Shown here in pieces: positions 32,795 through 33,668 of a stretch of DNA of 33,668 bases. Below the pieces are notes generated by a model, which had not been told where the DNA came from, did not search any database, and worked only from the letters and a program-made list of their open reading frames with translations. Source of the stretch: an uncultured Candidatus Saccharibacteria bacterium (GTDB taxonomy: Bacteria > Patescibacteriota > Minisyncoccia > Phycocordibacterales > SBAW01); assembly GCA_964367315.1 (NCBI GenBank), contig CAYIWV010000001.1, forward strand, positions 1 through 33,668, written 5' to 3'. How positions within the stretch are numbered: the first letter of the stretch is position 1; each line of letters starts with the position of its first letter. Made by a program: the position numbers and the translations under genes.

Positions 32795-33229
32795 TTAAAG
32801 GATCCCCAAATCGCCCAAGGCCTGCGCCATTTGGTCGGCTCCGCGCTCGATCCGGCGCTTGTACTCCTCCCAGGTCTTGTCGTTCCAAATCTCGATGCGG
32901 TCGGAGACTCCGGCGAGTACGACACGCGATTTAAGGTCGGCGAAGTCTTTGAGATACTCCGGTATGAGGATGCGCCCCGCGCCGTCTACCTCCGTCTCGC
33001 TGGCGCCGGCGAGGATAAACCGCGACAGACCGCGCGTGTCGGCTTGCCCGACCGGGAGCGCGGTCAATTTCTCCGCAATTTTCTCCCAGCTTTTTTGCGG
33101 GAACATAAAGAGACAGGTGTCGAGCCCGCGCGTCACGACAACTTTGCGACCCACCTCCTTGCGGAATTTCGAAGGCAACGAAAGCCGCTTCTTGCTGTCG
33201 AGTGTGTGTTGGTATTCGCCGATAAGCAT
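32795..33229 (-). CDS. mraZ: division/cell wall cluster transcriptional regulator MraZ
   Basis: MLIGEYQHTLDSKKRLSLPSKFR and a second DGAGRILIP SpoVT-AbrB repeat. Confidence 0.93.
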   Translation of the reverse strand: MLIGEYQHTLDSKKRLSLPSKFRKEVGRKVVVTRGLDTCLFMFPQKSWEKIAEKLTALPVGQADTRGLSRFILAGASETEVDGAGRILIPEYLKDFADLKSRVVLAGVSDRIEIWNDKTWEEYKRRIERGADQMAQALGDLGIL

Positions 33230-33248
33230 GCTGTGTTATTCTCAATGT

Positions 33249-33314
33249 CCCACTCTATCCCACTACAATACAGTATATTCCACATTCTCCCACACATACA
33301 CAAGTTATCCCCAC
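33249..33314 (-). promoter_or_regulatory. phased GTGGG repeats upstream of mraZ; candidate MraZ operator and dcw promoter region
   Basis: CCCAC on the plus strand (GTGGG on the mraZ strand) begins at 33249, 33259, 33289 and 33310, with a degenerate TCCAC at 33279. Spacing is in multiples of about 10 bp. Confidence 0.5.
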
Positions 33315-33436
33315 TACGCCTGAAGGCCAAGTGAAGCCATTTTCTGGCGTGCTTCTTGACATTTTAATCATTTTGATATACTCTACTCCCTTAGGAGAGG
33401 ACAGGGCCGCCACAAAACGAGGAGAGGAATTCTCAG

Positions 33437-33631
33437 ATGCGGAAGAAAGAAGAAGGTAAGGAGCTTGCAAAGCTCCTCAAGTGGAATACCTATTCGGTTT
33501 TCTTAGTGGGCCTGATACTCATCGCCACCGTCGTGCTCATGGTGCTGATGATCGAGCAAAAACGACGGTCGATGGGGCTCACCCACTACGACCGAGTACA
33601 AATGGATCGGCTGGTTAACTCGCTTCAGTGA
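33437..33631 (+). CDS. hypothetical small single-TM protein
   Basis: GGAGAGGA ribosome-binding site upstream of the ATG and one clear TM helix (VFLVGLILIATVVLMVLMI). Divergent from mraZ. Confidence 0.45.
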   Translation: MRKKEEGKELAKLLKWNTYSVFLVGLILIATVVLMVLMIEQKRRSMGLTHYDRVQMDRLVNSLQ

Positions 33632-33644
33632 CCGGCCCCAGGGC

Positions 33645-33668
33645 TGCCACGCGCACGCGCGCGTGGCA
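33645..33668 (+). terminator. GC-rich hairpin at the window edge (possible terminator; downstream sequence not visible)
   Basis: TGCCACGCGC-acgc-GCGCGTGGCA, a 10-bp perfect stem. Confidence 0.3.

Noticed and set aside
1-33668. CRISPR arrays, rRNA genes, IS transposases or integrases
   Set aside because: I saw no regularly spaced direct repeats, no rRNA-like conserved stretches, and no ORF with DDE, tyrosine-recombinase or serine-recombinase motifs on either strand.

Overview
High-GC bacterial chromosome segment, mostly housekeeping genes. The compact gene set, small GIY-YIG and sunset-domain genes and split cell-wall cluster fit a reduced genome of the Patescibacteria/CPR type, but taxonomy cannot be proven from this window. 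One half of the division/cell-wall (dcw) cluster lies on the plus strand on the left: a truncated scpA, scpB, a D-Ala-D-Ala carboxypeptidase, mraY, ftsW, murG, gltX and an M23 peptidase. The other half lies on the minus strand on the right: mraZ, rsmH, ftsL, ftsI, a GIY-YIG gene and murF. Between them are an ABC-2 transporter, a YkgJ/transglutaminase-like pair, a lytic transglycosylase, small secreted proteins, tRNA-Pro(GGG), a DEDD exonuclease, rpmA, rplI, a ctpA-type protease, cysS, dnaB, recR, an ArsR-like regulator, rplU, rmuC, yqeY, a 3-methyladenine glycosylase, hisI and tRNA-Glu(CUC). The points most worth a second look are these: (1) a 279-bp AT-rich GIY-YIG cassette bounded by perfect 15-bp inverted repeats, sitting exactly between the ftsI stop and the murF start; (2) two copies of a ~30-bp module with a 20-bp perfect palindrome embedded in frame in rsmH, each encoding LPAGRQ; (3) a tRNA-Glu integration hotspot with tRNA 3'-end fragments, followed by an AT-richer island carrying an HTH-ImmA/IrrE plus DUF4411 pair and two orphan genes; (4) an orphan two-gene operon with a consensus promoter; (5) a ~290-nt highly structured intergenic region; (6) recurrent -10-hexamer/N6/ATG arrangements that suggest leaderless mRNAs. 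I recognised no CRISPR array, rRNA, integrase or transposase. GC statements are by eye, not computed.
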